Shown here one piece after another: positions 33,072 through 42,723 of a stretch of 54,158 nucleotides of DNA. The notes under the pieces are model-generated. The model did not search any database. It saw nothing but the letters and a program-made list of their open reading frames with translations, and had not been told where the DNA came from. How positions within the stretch are numbered: position 1 is the stretch's first letter; the number at the start of each line of letters is the position of its first letter. Origin of the DNA: Paracoccaceae bacterium (GTDB lineage Bacteria > Pseudomonadota > Alphaproteobacteria > Rhodobacterales > Rhodobacteraceae); assembly GCA_027351005.1 (NCBI GenBank), contig DAIEJF010000219.1:1-54158 (forward strand). Direction: 5' to 3'. The position numbers and the translations under genes were made by a program.

Positions 33072-34886
33072 ATGACGACCATCTTCCGGCCGACCACCGT
33101 GCCGCAGTTCCGCCGCGCTTTCCGGGCCGGGCTGGTCCGATATGCCGCGCTGCGACGCGCGATCCGCAACCTCGAGGTGGGGCTGATCGCGGTGGCCACG
33201 CTGGTGGGGGCCTTTGTCGGGTTGGTGACCTTCGGTCTGCGGATGCTGGTCGAGGTGCTGCACCAGATCGATTTCGCCCTGCTGCCCGATACCCACCTGT
33301 CCGGGCAGACGCAGGTGGATTTCTGGCGCCTGGCCCTGGTGCCGGGTCTGGGCGGGCTGGCGCTGGGGTTGATCACGCTGATCCTGCACAAGATCCGCCC
33401 GACCGAGATCGTCGACCCGGTGGAAGCCAACGCGCTTTACGGCGGGCAGCTCAGCTTTCGTGATTCGGCGCGGCTCACCGGGTTGACCGTGGTGTCGAAC
33501 GCTTGCGGGGCCTCGGTGGGGATGGAGGCGGGCTACAGCCAGTTCGGCGCGGGCATCTTCGCCAGTGTGGGAGAATACTTCCACCTGCGGCGCGAAGACC
33601 AGCGCACGATGGTCACGGCCGGGGCGGCGGCGGCGATCGCGGCGGCCTTCAACGCCCCCCTCGCCGGGGCGTTCTACGGGTTCGAGCTGGTCCATTCCAC
33701 CTACTCCACCCGCGTGCTGGCCCCGGTGCTTGCGGCCTGTCTGTCGGCGGTGATGGTGGTGCGCCAGGTGGGCCCCGACACACCGCTTTTCGCCGTCACC
33801 GGCGTGTTCGAGGTGCCCAACATCGACTATCTGCTGTTCGCCGTGCTCGGCCTTGCGGCGGCAGCGGTGGGCATCATCACCATGCGGCTGTCAACCTGGA
33901 TCGAGCGCGTGCTGCGCGCCTCGAAGCTGCCCGCCTGGGCGCGGCCTGCGGTGGGTGGCGTGGCGCTGTCGATCCTGGGCTTCGGCTCGCCGCAGGTGCT
34001 GGGGTCGGGCCACGGCGCGATCCAGTGGCACCTGGAAACCCACTGGGCGCTGATCCCGCTGCTGCTGTTGCTGGCGGGCAAGGTCATGGGCTCGGCCGTA
34101 TCGCTGGGCGCCAGCTTCCGCGGCGGCCTGTTCTCGTCCTCGCTGTTCATCGGGGCCCTTCTTGGCGCGGTCTTCGTGCAGGGGCTGGCGCTGATCGACC
34201 CCACCTTCCTGCCGGAACGCACCGCCTTCATGCTGGTGGGCATGGGCGCCACCGGCGCCGCGATCATCGGCGCGCCCTTCACCATGGTCTTCCTGGTGCT
34301 GGAATCGACCGGCGACTTCCTCATCACCTTCGCCACCCTCATGGGCGTGCTGATCGCGGCAACCACGGTGCGGCTGACCTTCGGCTACAGCTTCTCGACC
34401 TGGCGTTTCCACCTACGCGGTCTGCCGCTGAAGGGCGGGCATGACATCGGCTGGATCACCGAGCTGACCGCGGGCCGCCTGATGCGGTCGGACGTGCGCA
34501 CGGTGCCCGTGTCGATGCCGCTGGCCCGGATCCGCGAGGTGGTGCCGCTGGGCAGCCGCAAGTGGATCTTTGCGGTGACCGATGCGGGCAGCTATGCCGG
34601 GATGATCGACGTGGCGGCGCTGCACGACCCCGACCTGAGCGACATGGTGGAACACCTTGTCGCCGCCGACCTGACGACCTGCCGCGGCTGCTTCATCCTG
34701 CCTGTCGACGACATCCGCGCCGTGCTGCGCAAGTTCCAGTCGGCGCAGGCCGAAACCCTGCCGGTGGTCGCCTCGGCCGAGACGCCGCGCATCCTCGGCT
34801 CGATTTCGGAAGACTTCTGCCTGAAGCGGTACACCCAGGAACTGGAACGCCGCCGCAGCGACGAACTGGGAATGCCGGGCCTCTGA
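33072..34886 (+). CDS. ClC family chloride channel/antiporter with C-terminal CBS pair
   Basis: GASVGMEAG, AAAFNAPLAG, GGLFSSSL, GAPFT; hydrophilic CBS-like C-terminus. Confidence 0.88.
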   Translation: MTTIFRPTTVPQFRRAFRAGLVRYAALRRAIRNLEVGLIAVATLVGAFVGLVTFGLRMLVEVLHQIDFALLPDTHLSGQTQVDFWRLALVPGLGGLALGLITLILHKIRPTEIVDPVEANALYGGQLSFRDSARLTGLTVVSNACGASVGMEAGYSQFGAGIFASVGEYFHLRREDQRTMVTAGAAAAIAAAFNAPLAGAFYGFELVHSTYSTRVLAPVLAACLSAVMVVRQVGPDTPLFAVTGVFEVPNIDYLLFAVLGLAAAAVGIITMRLSTWIERVLRASKLPAWARPAVGGVALSILGFGSPQVLGSGHGAIQWHLETHWALIPLLLLLAGKVMGSAVSLGASFRGGLFSSSLFIGALLGAVFVQGLALIDPTFLPERTAFMLVGMGATGAAIIGAPFTMVFLVLESTGDFLITFATLMGVLIAATTVRLTFGYSFSTWRFHLRGLPLKGGHDIGWITELTAGRLMRSDVRTVPVSMPLARIREVVPLGSRKWIFAVTDAGSYAGMIDVAALHDPDLSDMVEHLVAADLTTCRGCFILPVDDIRAVLRKFQSAQAETLPVVASAETPRILGSISEDFCLKRYTQELERRRSDELGMPGL

Positions 34887-35123
34887 GCCCGGCCCCCTGC
34901 CCCGGCCCGCCATCCGCCCGATCCCCCCCGGCCCGCGCACCGCGGGCGACGGGTGGGATTGCGGGTTGTCCACAGTTCTTTTCGCCAGAATTTCCTTTAC
35001 AGGCTTCCGCTCAGCCTGCACCATATCTAGTAAGGAGAAGGCCATGGATGGCCGATCCTTGGGAGGTCACCCAGCGTCTTGTGGGCCTCGGCCCACCTGA
35101 GGCTAATTGAGTGAGGGCCGCGC

Positions 35124-35627
35124 ATGTCGATCGCTGAAGACTTCCTCGACACGGATGAGATGCATCCCATCGACATCGTCGAGACGCTGGCAGAGCACCA
35201 CGACTGGGATTTCGACCGCATCGCCGATGACCAGATCGCGATGGCGGTCGAGGGGCAGTGGCGCACCTATTCGCTGACGCTGGCCTGGTCGGACGCGGAC
35301 GAGACGTTGCGGCTGATCTGCACCTTCGAGATGGAGCCGCCCGCGACCCGCATGGGCGAGCTTTACGAGGCACTGAACCGGGTGAACGACCTCTGCTGGG
35401 CGGGGGCCTTCACCTACTGGGCCGACCAGAAGCTGATGGTCTGGCGCTACGGGCTGGTGCTGGCCGGCGGCCAGATCGCCGGGCCCGAACAGATCGACCG
35501 GATGATTACCACCGCGGTGATGATGGCCGAGCGGTTCTACCCCGCGTTCCAGCTTGTCGCCTGGTCCGACAAGACGCCCGCACAGGCGATGCAGGTCGCC
35601 ATTGCAGAGGCTTACGGGCGCGCCTAG
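35124..35627 (+). CDS. YbjN domain-containing protein
   Basis: HPIDIVETLAEHHDWDFDR, ERFYPAFQLV; upstream of proC. Confidence 0.8.
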   Translation: MSIAEDFLDTDEMHPIDIVETLAEHHDWDFDRIADDQIAMAVEGQWRTYSLTLAWSDADETLRLICTFEMEPPATRMGELYEALNRVNDLCWAGAFTYWADQKLMVWRYGLVLAGGQIAGPEQIDRMITTAVMMAERFYPAFQLVAWSDKTPAQAMQVAIAEAYGRA

Positions 35628-35657
35628 GGTTTCCCCGACTCAGGACGGGGAGCTTTG

Positions 35658-36479
35658 ATGACGCTGGAAACGGTGGCCCGCCGCGGGCTGGTTCTGCTTG
35701 GCTGCGGCAAGATGGGCTCTGCGCTGCTCGAGGGCTGGCTGACGCAGGGGCTGGCCCCTGCCGCGGTCTGGGTGCTGGAGCCGCACCCCTCTGACTGGCT
35801 GAAGGGCCTGGAGGCACGGGGGCTGCACCTGAACGCGGACCTGCCCGCCGATCCGGCCATCGTGCTGGTCGCCGTGAAGCCGCAGATGATGGCCGAGGCG
35901 CTGCCGCGGCTGGCTGGCTTCGGCAATGGCGGCACGCTTTTCCTCTCGATCGCGGCCGGAACGCCGATCGCCTTCTATGAACGGGTGCTGGGCGGGGCGA
36001 CCCCGGTGATCCGGGCGATGCCCAACACCCCTGCCGCCGTGGGGCGCGGGATCACCGCGATCACCGGCAACGCGACGGCGGGCGCAGGCGATCTCGATCT
36101 GGCCGAGGCGCTTCTGTCCGCCGTGGGCCAGACCGTGCGGCTGGCGGGCGAACACCAGATGGATGCGGTGACTGCCGTCTCGGGCTCGGGGCCCGCCTAT
36201 GTCTTCCACCTGATCGAGACGCTGGCCGCCGCGGGCGTGGCCGAAGGCCTGCCTGCCGACATGGCGATGACGCTGGCCAAGGCGACGGTGGCGGGCGCGG
36301 GCGAACTGGCGCTGCGGGCAGCGGAAGACCCCGCGCAGCTTCGGGTCAACGTCACCTCGCCCGGCGGCACCACGGCGGCGGCGCTGGCCGTGCTGATGGA
36401 TGCCGAGACAGGCTTCCCCGCGCTTCTGCGCCGCGCGGTGCATGCCGCGGCCGAACGCGGGCGGGAACTGGCGAGGTAA
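35658..36479 (+). CDS. proC: Pyrroline-5-carboxylate reductase
   Basis: GCGKMG, AVKPQ, RAMPNTP, SGSGPAY, VTSPGGTT. Confidence 0.96.
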   Translation: MTLETVARRGLVLLGCGKMGSALLEGWLTQGLAPAAVWVLEPHPSDWLKGLEARGLHLNADLPADPAIVLVAVKPQMMAEALPRLAGFGNGGTLFLSIAAGTPIAFYERVLGGATPVIRAMPNTPAAVGRGITAITGNATAGAGDLDLAEALLSAVGQTVRLAGEHQMDAVTAVSGSGPAYVFHLIETLAAAGVAEGLPADMAMTLAKATVAGAGELALRAAEDPAQLRVNVTSPGGTTAAALAVLMDAETGFPALLRRAVHAAAERGRELAR

Positions 36480-36545
36480 CGACCGGGCAAGGGGTATCCA
36501 CAGCTCTTGCCCGTTTCTGCGACGGATTTAGGCGAAAGGCGTCCG

Positions 36546-36878
36546 ATGATCAGCTACGACGACTTCCAGAAGGTCGACATCCGCGTGGGCCGCATCACCC
36601 GCGCCGAACCCTACCCCGAGGCACGCAAGCCCGCGATCAAGCTGTGGGTCGATTTCGGACCCGCGATCGGGGAAAAGCGCAGTTCGGCCCAGATCACCCG
36701 GCATTACACGCCCGAGGCGCTGGTGGGTCGGCAGGTGCTGGCGGTGGTGAATTTCCCGCCGCGCCAGATCGGCAAGGTCATGAGCGAGGTTCTGGTTCTG
36801 GGCGTGCCCGATGCCGACGGCGAGGTGGTGCTGATCGGCCCCGGCCACGAGGTGCCGCTGGGCGGGAGGATGTACTGA
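36546..36878 (+). CDS. csaA: tRNA-binding/chaperone protein CsaA
   Basis: DDFQKVDIRVG, SSAQIT, VVNFPPRQIG..SEVLVLG. Confidence 0.88.
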   Translation: MISYDDFQKVDIRVGRITRAEPYPEARKPAIKLWVDFGPAIGEKRSSAQITRHYTPEALVGRQVLAVVNFPPRQIGKVMSEVLVLGVPDADGEVVLIGPGHEVPLGGRMY

Positions 36879-37834
36879 TGCGCCGACTTCTGGTGACCCG
36901 CCGCCTGCCCGACCCGGTGCTGGAGGCCGCCGCCGCCCGGTTCGACATGGTGCTGCGCGACGACACCCGGCCGCTGAGCCGGGCCGAACTGGTGGCGGCG
37001 CTGACCGACTATGACCTGGTACTGCCGACGCTTGGCGACCGGTTCGACGCCGCGGCCTTTGCCGCGGTGCCGGGTCCGCGCTGTCGGCTGCTGGCGAATT
37101 TCGGGGTGGGCTACAACCATATCGACGTGGCGGCGGCGAAGGCTGCGGGGGTGGCGGTGACGAATACCCCCGGCGCCGTCACCGATGCCACCGCCGACAT
37201 CGCGCTGACCCTGATGCTGATGAGCGCGCGGCGCGCGGGCGAGGGCGAACGGCTGGTGCGCGCGGGCCGCTGGGAAGGCTGGCATCCCACGCAGATGCTG
37301 GGCCTGCACCTGACCGGCAAGACGCTGGCGGTGATCGGCATGGGGCGCATCGGGAAGGCCATCGCCCGGCGGGCGCATTTCGGCTTCGGGATGACGGTCG
37401 TGTTCTACAACCGCTCGGCCGTGGCTGATCCGGGGGTGCCCGCCACGCAACTGCCCAGCCTGGCCCAGACGATGGCAGCGGGCGACGTGGTGGTGGTGGC
37501 GGTGCCCGGCGGCGCCGAGACGCGACACCTGATCGACGCCACCGCGATCGCCGCAATGCGGCCTGGCGCGCATCTGGTCAATATCGCCCGCGGCGACGTG
37601 GTCGAGGAAGCGGCGCTGATCGCGGCGCTTCAGGCAGGCCGCATCGCGGGCGCGGGCCTTGATGTCTACGAATTCGAGCCGCAGGTGCCGGACGCGCTGC
37701 GCGCGCTGGAAAACGTGGTGCTGCTGCCGCATCTGGGCACCGCCGCGCTGGAGGTACGCTCCGCCATGGGGATGATGGCGGTGGAAAACCTGATCGCCTT
37801 CGACGACGGGCGGCCGCTGCCAAACGCGGTCTAG
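36878..37834 (+). CDS. D-2-hydroxyacid dehydrogenase (glyoxylate/hydroxypyruvate reductase-like)
   Basis: GVGYNHID, NTPG, GMGRIG, NIARG, GLDVYEFEP, PHLG. Confidence 0.9.
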   Translation: MRRLLVTRRLPDPVLEAAAARFDMVLRDDTRPLSRAELVAALTDYDLVLPTLGDRFDAAAFAAVPGPRCRLLANFGVGYNHIDVAAAKAAGVAVTNTPGAVTDATADIALTLMLMSARRAGEGERLVRAGRWEGWHPTQMLGLHLTGKTLAVIGMGRIGKAIARRAHFGFGMTVVFYNRSAVADPGVPATQLPSLAQTMAAGDVVVVAVPGGAETRHLIDATAIAAMRPGAHLVNIARGDVVEEAALIAALQAGRIAGAGLDVYEFEPQVPDALRALENVVLLPHLGTAALEVRSAMGMMAVENLIAFDDGRPLPNAV

Positions 37835-38829
37835 CGCGCGCCCCCGCTTTCGGCCTCGCCGCTGCCGAACAGCCCCTGCAATCCGCGGGCGACAAGGTTC
37901 GATACCTTCGGCTTTGGCGCCGCGCGGAACGGCAGGGGGCGGCAGACCTCGAGCGCCGCGACCCCCACCCGGGCGGTCAGCGCGCCGTTCACCACCCCCT
38001 CGCCGAAGCGGCGCGAGAGCTTGGACAGAACGGTTCCCCCGGCGACCGAATGCACCAGATCATCGCCCGCGGCGACCGCGCCGGTGGCCACCAGATGCGT
38101 CATCACCGCCCGTGTCAGCCGCCAGCTGCCCAGAAGGCCGGACCGCCCGCCATACAGATCGGCGATGCGGCGGATCATCCGCAGGTTTGCGGCCAGCGCG
38201 GTCACCACATCGGCCAGCGCCAGCGGCACCAGCGCGGTGACGGTGGCCACCTGCCGGGCCGCGCCCTCGATCTCGCGCCGCGCGGCCTGATCCAGCGGCG
38301 CCAGAAGCTCGACTTCGGCCAGCGCGATCAGGGCGTCGGCGTCGAACAGATCGCCCTCGCGCTCCGTCAGGCGGGCCAGCGGCCAGCGCATCTCGTCGCG
38401 CCCGGCATAGAGGGCGGCGATCCGGCCCACGATGTGGCGCGCGGCCTTCAGGTCGCCCGTGCCCGCGGCCGCCTCGGCCTCGGCCCGGATGCCATCGACC
38501 CGGCGCAGGCGGGCAAAGGCCGCCAGTTCCCGCAACGCGACCGCCAGCAGCACCAGCACGAAGGCCGACACCAGCACCAGCGCCACCAGCCCCAGCACCC
38601 GGTTCTGCGCCAGAAGCCCGGTGACGAAGTTCCACGCCATCACCGACAACACGAAGGTGAAGAGCGCCGAGGCGGCCGCCCAGAACCATCCCGACAGGCG
38701 CGACCGTGGCCGCGCGGCGATGCGGAAGGCGCGGTCCATCGCGCCCGCATCGGGCACCGGCGCCGCGGCGCCGGGATCGGCGGGGGCGCCATCCAGTTCG
38801 ATCACCATGGGGCGTTTCGGGTCGGTCAT
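37831..38829 (-). CDS. ycjF: YcjF family membrane protein (TIGR01620)
   Basis: MIRRIADLYG, KLSRRFGEGVVNGALTARVG, CRPLPF. Confidence 0.88.
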   Translation of the reverse strand: MTDPKRPMVIELDGAPADPGAAAPVPDAGAMDRAFRIAARPRSRLSGWFWAAASALFTFVLSVMAWNFVTGLLAQNRVLGLVALVLVSAFVLVLLAVALRELAAFARLRRVDGIRAEAEAAAGTGDLKAARHIVGRIAALYAGRDEMRWPLARLTEREGDLFDADALIALAEVELLAPLDQAARREIEGAARQVATVTALVPLALADVVTALAANLRMIRRIADLYGGRSGLLGSWRLTRAVMTHLVATGAVAAGDDLVHSVAGGTVLSKLSRRFGEGVVNGALTARVGVAALEVCRPLPFRAAPKPKVSNLVARGLQGLFGSGEAESGGAR

Positions 38830-40241
38830 GCCAGCCGGTCTCCGATCAGGAACTCGGCCGCGCGGTCCAGCCGGATATGGGGCGGGCCCTCGCCGGGCTT
38901 CAGCGTGACGCGCGCGGGGGCAAAGCCCATCACCGCGAAATCGGCATCAAGCCAGCGCGCGGCGCCGTCGCGCGCGGGGATCAGCAGGGCGCCGGGGTCT
39001 TCGGGCAGTTCGCCCGGATACATCGCCGCCTGCCTGCCGGAGGACAGCAGCGTGCCCCGCACGCAGTCGAGCGTGCCGCCCCCCTGCGGCACCGTCTCCT
39101 CGACCGTGGCGCGCAGGCTGGCCAGCGACAGGGCCATGGTTTTCGCCCCGGCGAAATCGGCCCGGTCACGCGCCTCGCGCAGCATCGCCTCCATGATCGC
39201 GGTCAGGCGGCCGTGCTGGCTGTGGTGCAGATGGTCGGCCTTGGTCGCGGCGAACAGGATCCGCTCCACCCGCCGCGCGCCCAGCAGATCGGCCAGCCAG
39301 CTTGCCCGACCGGGCCGGAAGGCCGCGAGGATCTCGGCCATCGCGCGGCGCATGTCCTCGACCGCCTGCGGGCCCGCGTGAATGGCGCCCAGCGCATCGA
39401 CCAGCACCACCTGCCGGTCGATCCGGGCGAAATGGGTGCGGAAGAAGGGGCGCACCACCTCGCGCCGGTAGGCGTCATAGCGCCGCTCCATCTCGCGCCA
39501 GAGCGCGCCGCGGCGGGCGGCGTCGGGCTTGGGAAGCGGCGCGAAGGTCAGGACGGGCGATCCTGCAAGCTCGCCCGGCAGCAGGAACCGGCCCGGGGTG
39601 CAATCGGAAAACCCGGCGGCGCGGGCCGCGGTCAGGTAGGCGGTGAAACTGGCCGCCAGCCCCTGCGCCACGGGTTCGTCCAGCCGGGCGGCGGGGTCGG
39701 CGGCGGCCGCCGCGCGCAGGAACTCGGCGGCCATCGGGCGGGCGGCGATCCGGGCCAGCGTCTCTTCGGCCCAGGCGGCATAGGGCCTGTCCATCAGCGC
39801 CAGGTCCAGCAGCCATTCGCCGGGATAGTCGATGATGTCGAGGTGAACGGTGCGCAGCCCCGCCAGACCCGACAGCCACCCCGCGGGCCGCACCTTCAGC
39901 GACAGGCGCAATTCGCTGATCGCGCGGGTGCTGTCGGGCCAATGCGGCGCAGGGCCGGTCATGGCGCCCAGATGCGCTTCGTAGTCGAAGCGGGGCACGG
40001 TGTCATCGGGCTGCGGCTGCAACCAGGCCGACACGATCCGCCCCTGCGCCGCCGCCTGCAGCTGGGGCATCCGCGCGCGGTCCATCAGGTTGGCCACCAG
40101 CGCGGTGATGAAGACGGTCTTGCCCGCGCGGCTGAGACCGGTCACGCCCAGCCGGATCACGGGTTCGAACAGCGCCCCGTTGACCGAGGCGATGGCCTGT
40201 TCGACCCCGCGCGCCACCCCGTCCGCAATCGTGCCGATCAC
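38826..40241 (-). CDS. ycjX: YcjX family P-loop GTP-binding protein
   Basis: GVTGLSRAGKTVFIT, DYPGEWLLDL, ATKADH, PHIRLD. Confidence 0.9.
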   Translation of the reverse strand: MIGTIADGVARGVEQAIASVNGALFEPVIRLGVTGLSRAGKTVFITALVANLMDRARMPQLQAAAQGRIVSAWLQPQPDDTVPRFDYEAHLGAMTGPAPHWPDSTRAISELRLSLKVRPAGWLSGLAGLRTVHLDIIDYPGEWLLDLALMDRPYAAWAEETLARIAARPMAAEFLRAAAAADPAARLDEPVAQGLAASFTAYLTAARAAGFSDCTPGRFLLPGELAGSPVLTFAPLPKPDAARRGALWREMERRYDAYRREVVRPFFRTHFARIDRQVVLVDALGAIHAGPQAVEDMRRAMAEILAAFRPGRASWLADLLGARRVERILFAATKADHLHHSQHGRLTAIMEAMLREARDRADFAGAKTMALSLASLRATVEETVPQGGGTLDCVRGTLLSSGRQAAMYPGELPEDPGALLIPARDGAARWLDADFAVMGFAPARVTLKPGEGPPHIRLDRAAEFLIGDRLA

Positions 40242-40339
40242 CGCGCCATCCCTTTCCGTGCCGTCTCAACATAGGCGGTGCCCCCGCGCCGCGGTAGGGG
40301 CCGCTTGCCAAGTGCGGGGCGGCGCGCTACGCCCCGCCC

Positions 40340-41107
40340 ATGCCCAGATACGCGCTGAAGATCGACTATGACGGCGGCCCGTTCAGCGGCTGGCAGCGGC
40401 AGGCTGCCCAGCCGTCGGTGCAGGCGGCGGTGGAAGAGGCGCTGCGGCGGCTGGACCCCGCGGTGGGCAGCATCGCCGCCGCCGGGCGCACCGATGCGGG
40501 GGTGCATGCCACCGGCCAGGTCGCCCATTGCGACCTGGCGCGCACATGGGAACCGTTCCGCCTGTCCGAGGCGCTGAACTGGCATCTGAAGCCCGCGCCG
40601 GTGGCGATCCTGGCGGTGGCGTCGGTGCCCGATGACTTTCACGCCCGCTTTTCCGCCATCGAGCGGCGCTATCTGTTCCGGCTGCTCTGCCGCCGGGCGC
40701 CTGCCACACATGACCGCGGGCGGGTCTGGCAGGTGGGTCATGCGCTGGATGTCGAGGCCATGCGCGCAGGCGCCGCCTTTCTGATCGGTCGGCATGATTT
40801 CACCACCTTCCGGTCGGCCATGTGTCAGGCCGCAAGCCCGGTCAAGACGCTGGACGAGATCACGATCGATACCGCCCCCGTGCCGGGCGGCGTGGAAATC
40901 CGCTTCCGTCTGCGGGCACGCAGCTTCCTGCACAACCAGGTGCGCTCGATCGTGGGCACGCTGGAACGGGTGGGCGCGGGGGCCTGGTCGCCGGGCGATG
41001 TGGGCCGCGCGCTGGCGGCCCGCGACCGCGCCGCCTGTGGCCCGGTCTGTCCGCCGCAGGGCCTGTATCTGACCGATGTGGGCTATCCGGCCGATCCGTT
41101 CGCCTGA
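40340..41107 (+). CDS. truA: tRNA pseudouridine(38-40) synthase
   Basis: [28 protein letters not shown]. Confidence 0.96.
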   Translation: MPRYALKIDYDGGPFSGWQRQAAQPSVQAAVEEALRRLDPAVGSIAAAGRTDAGVHATGQVAHCDLARTWEPFRLSEALNWHLKPAPVAILAVASVPDDFHARFSAIERRYLFRLLCRRAPATHDRGRVWQVGHALDVEAMRAGAAFLIGRHDFTTFRSAMCQAASPVKTLDEITIDTAPVPGGVEIRFRLRARSFLHNQVRSIVGTLERVGAGAWSPGDVGRALAARDRAACGPVCPPQGLYLTDVGYPADPFA

Positions 41108-41131
41108 CCGGCCGTTCTCTGCCGACCCGCC

Positions 41132-41359
41132 TCAGTGCGCGTTGACAGGCGCCATGTCGTTCTGCCGCGCCAGCGCGAAGGCCAGCGCCCGGTCGCGCAC
41201 CAGCGCAAGGCGTTCGCCATCGGCGTCATGCACCGCGTAAAGCATGCTGAGCCCCGGCAGTTGCGCCTGCACCTCGTCGGGCAGGCTGTTCACCGGCACC
41301 GGGCGGACATAGACGATGCGCTGCCCCGTTTCCGGCCCGAAATCGAATTTGACGTCCAT
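41132..41359 (-). CDS. DUF1150 family protein
   Basis: RIVYVRPV, LYAVHDADGERLALV, NAH C-terminus; GAGGAGG RBS; follows hsp20. Confidence 0.8.
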   Translation of the reverse strand: MDVKFDFGPETGQRIVYVRPVPVNSLPDEVQAQLPGLSMLYAVHDADGERLALVRDRALAFALARQNDMAPVNAH

Positions 41360-41369
41360 CGAAACCTCC

Positions 41370-41783
41370 TCAGGCTTTCGTGATCCGTATGGTCTGCACG
41401 ACGGGTTCAGGAACCTCCCGCACCAGATCGACGTGCAGAAGCCCGTTTTCCAGCTTGGCCCCGGCCACCTCGACCCCGTCGGCCAGCACGAAGCTGCGCT
41501 GGAACGCCCGGGCGGCGATGCCGCGGTGCAGGAACACGCGGTCGCCCGCGTCGTCTTCCTGGCGGCCGCGGATGACAAGCTGCCGATCCTCGACCGTGAT
41601 GGTCAGATCCCCCTCGCGGAAGCCGGCCACGGCCAGGCTGATCCGGTAGGCGTTTTCCGAAGACTGCTCGATGTTGAAGGGCGGATAGCCCTCGGTCGCC
41701 GTCTTGGCGGTACGCTCGACCAGGCGGTCGAGTTGCTCGAACCCGAGCAGAAACGGATGAGATCCGAACGTCAGTTTGGTCAT
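41370..41783 (-). CDS. Small heat-shock protein (Hsp20/IbpA family)
   Basis: GYPPFNIE, LAVAGF, LHRGIAARAFQRSFVLA, LENGLL. Confidence 0.93.
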   Translation of the reverse strand: MTKLTFGSHPFLLGFEQLDRLVERTAKTATEGYPPFNIEQSSENAYRISLAVAGFREGDLTITVEDRQLVIRGRQEDDAGDRVFLHRGIAARAFQRSFVLADGVEVAGAKLENGLLHVDLVREVPEPVVQTIRITKA

Positions 41784-41812
41784 CAGGCCCAGCCCTTGCA
41801 GCAAGCGACTTT
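41784..41812 (-). promoter_or_regulatory. Candidate ROSE-like RNA thermometer hairpin
   Basis: GUC(G)CUUG-CUG-CAAGGGC: UCGCU motif with a bulged G pairing to the AAGGG SD. Confidence 0.5.
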
Positions 41813-41848
41813 GCGGTGCGGCCCCGTTCATCGGCGGCCACGCCCCAG

Positions 41849-41877
41849 ATATGGGCGACCTGCCGCGGCGTTGCAAG
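41849..41877 (-). promoter_or_regulatory. RpoH-type promoter of hsp20
   Basis: CTTGCAA-15 nt-CCCATAT. Confidence 0.65.
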
Positions 41878-41969
41878 ACCCCGCCGCCGCATCACTTTTC
41901 TTCCCCGGGCAGGGGCAAAGCCGCTATAGTACGAGCCTCTGGAAAAGCGACTCAAGTGCCCCTGCCACC

Positions 41970-42188
41970 ATGAACGCGCCGATGGAACTGAACAGCGAGG
42001 AAGTGCTGCGCATCAAGCTCGAGGTGCTTCGTCAGGAGCATCGCGACCTTGACGATGCGATCCACGCGCTGCAGGCCAGTGCGCGGTCCGACCCGTCGTC
42101 GCTGCGGCGGCTGAAGAAGCAGAAACTGGCGCTGAAGGACCAGATCGCCAGGCTGTCGGACCTGCTGACCCCCGACATCATCGCCTGA
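41970..42188 (+). CDS. YdcH/DUF465 family protein
   Basis: EHRDLDDAI...LRRLKKQKLALKDQI...PDIIA; upstream of purE. Confidence 0.85.
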   Translation: MNAPMELNSEEVLRIKLEVLRQEHRDLDDAIHALQASARSDPSSLRRLKKQKLALKDQIARLSDLLTPDIIA

Positions 42189-42246
42189 GCGCCTTGCCCC
42201 CGGCCCTGCCCGGCTATAGTGCGCGCCTCAGAGCGCGGGGACAGGC

Positions 42247-42723
42247 ATGGCAGACGTTGGCATCATCATGGGCAGCCAGTCCGACTGGCCGACGATGCGC
42301 GAGGCGGCGGCGATCCTCGACGAGCTGGGCGTCTCGTATGAGGCGAAGATCGTCTCGGCCCATCGCACCCCAGACCGGCTGTGGGACTATGGCAAGACCG
42401 CCGTGGACCGCGGGCTGAAGGTCATCATCGCGGGTGCGGGGGGCGCGGCGCATCTGCCGGGCATGATGGCCTCGAAGACGCGGGTGCCGGTGATCGGCGT
42501 GCCGGTGCAGACCCGCGCACTGTCGGGCGTCGACAGTCTCTATTCCATCGTGCAGATGCCACGCGGCTATCCGGTGGCCACGATGGCCATCGGCGGCGCG
42601 GCCAATGCGGGGCTGATGGCGGCGGCGATCCTGGCGCTGGGCGATCCTGCGCTGGCCGCGCGGCTGGATGGCTGGCGCGAGGCGCTTTCTGCCTCGATCC
42701 CCGAGGAGCCGCAGGATGAGTGA
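42247..42723 (+). CDS. purE: N5-CAIR mutase
   Basis: [33 protein letters not shown]. Confidence 0.97.
   Translation: MADVGIIMGSQSDWPTMREAAAILDELGVSYEAKIVSAHRTPDRLWDYGKTAVDRGLKVIIAGAGGAAHLPGMMASKTRVPVIGVPVQTRALSGVDSLYSIVQMPRGYPVATMAIGGAANAGLMAAAILALGDPALAARLDGWREALSASIPEEPQDE

Noticed and set aside
34966-36502. Replication origin
   Set aside because: Only two isolated imperfect DnaA boxes, no extended AT-rich unwinding element and no origin-marker genes.
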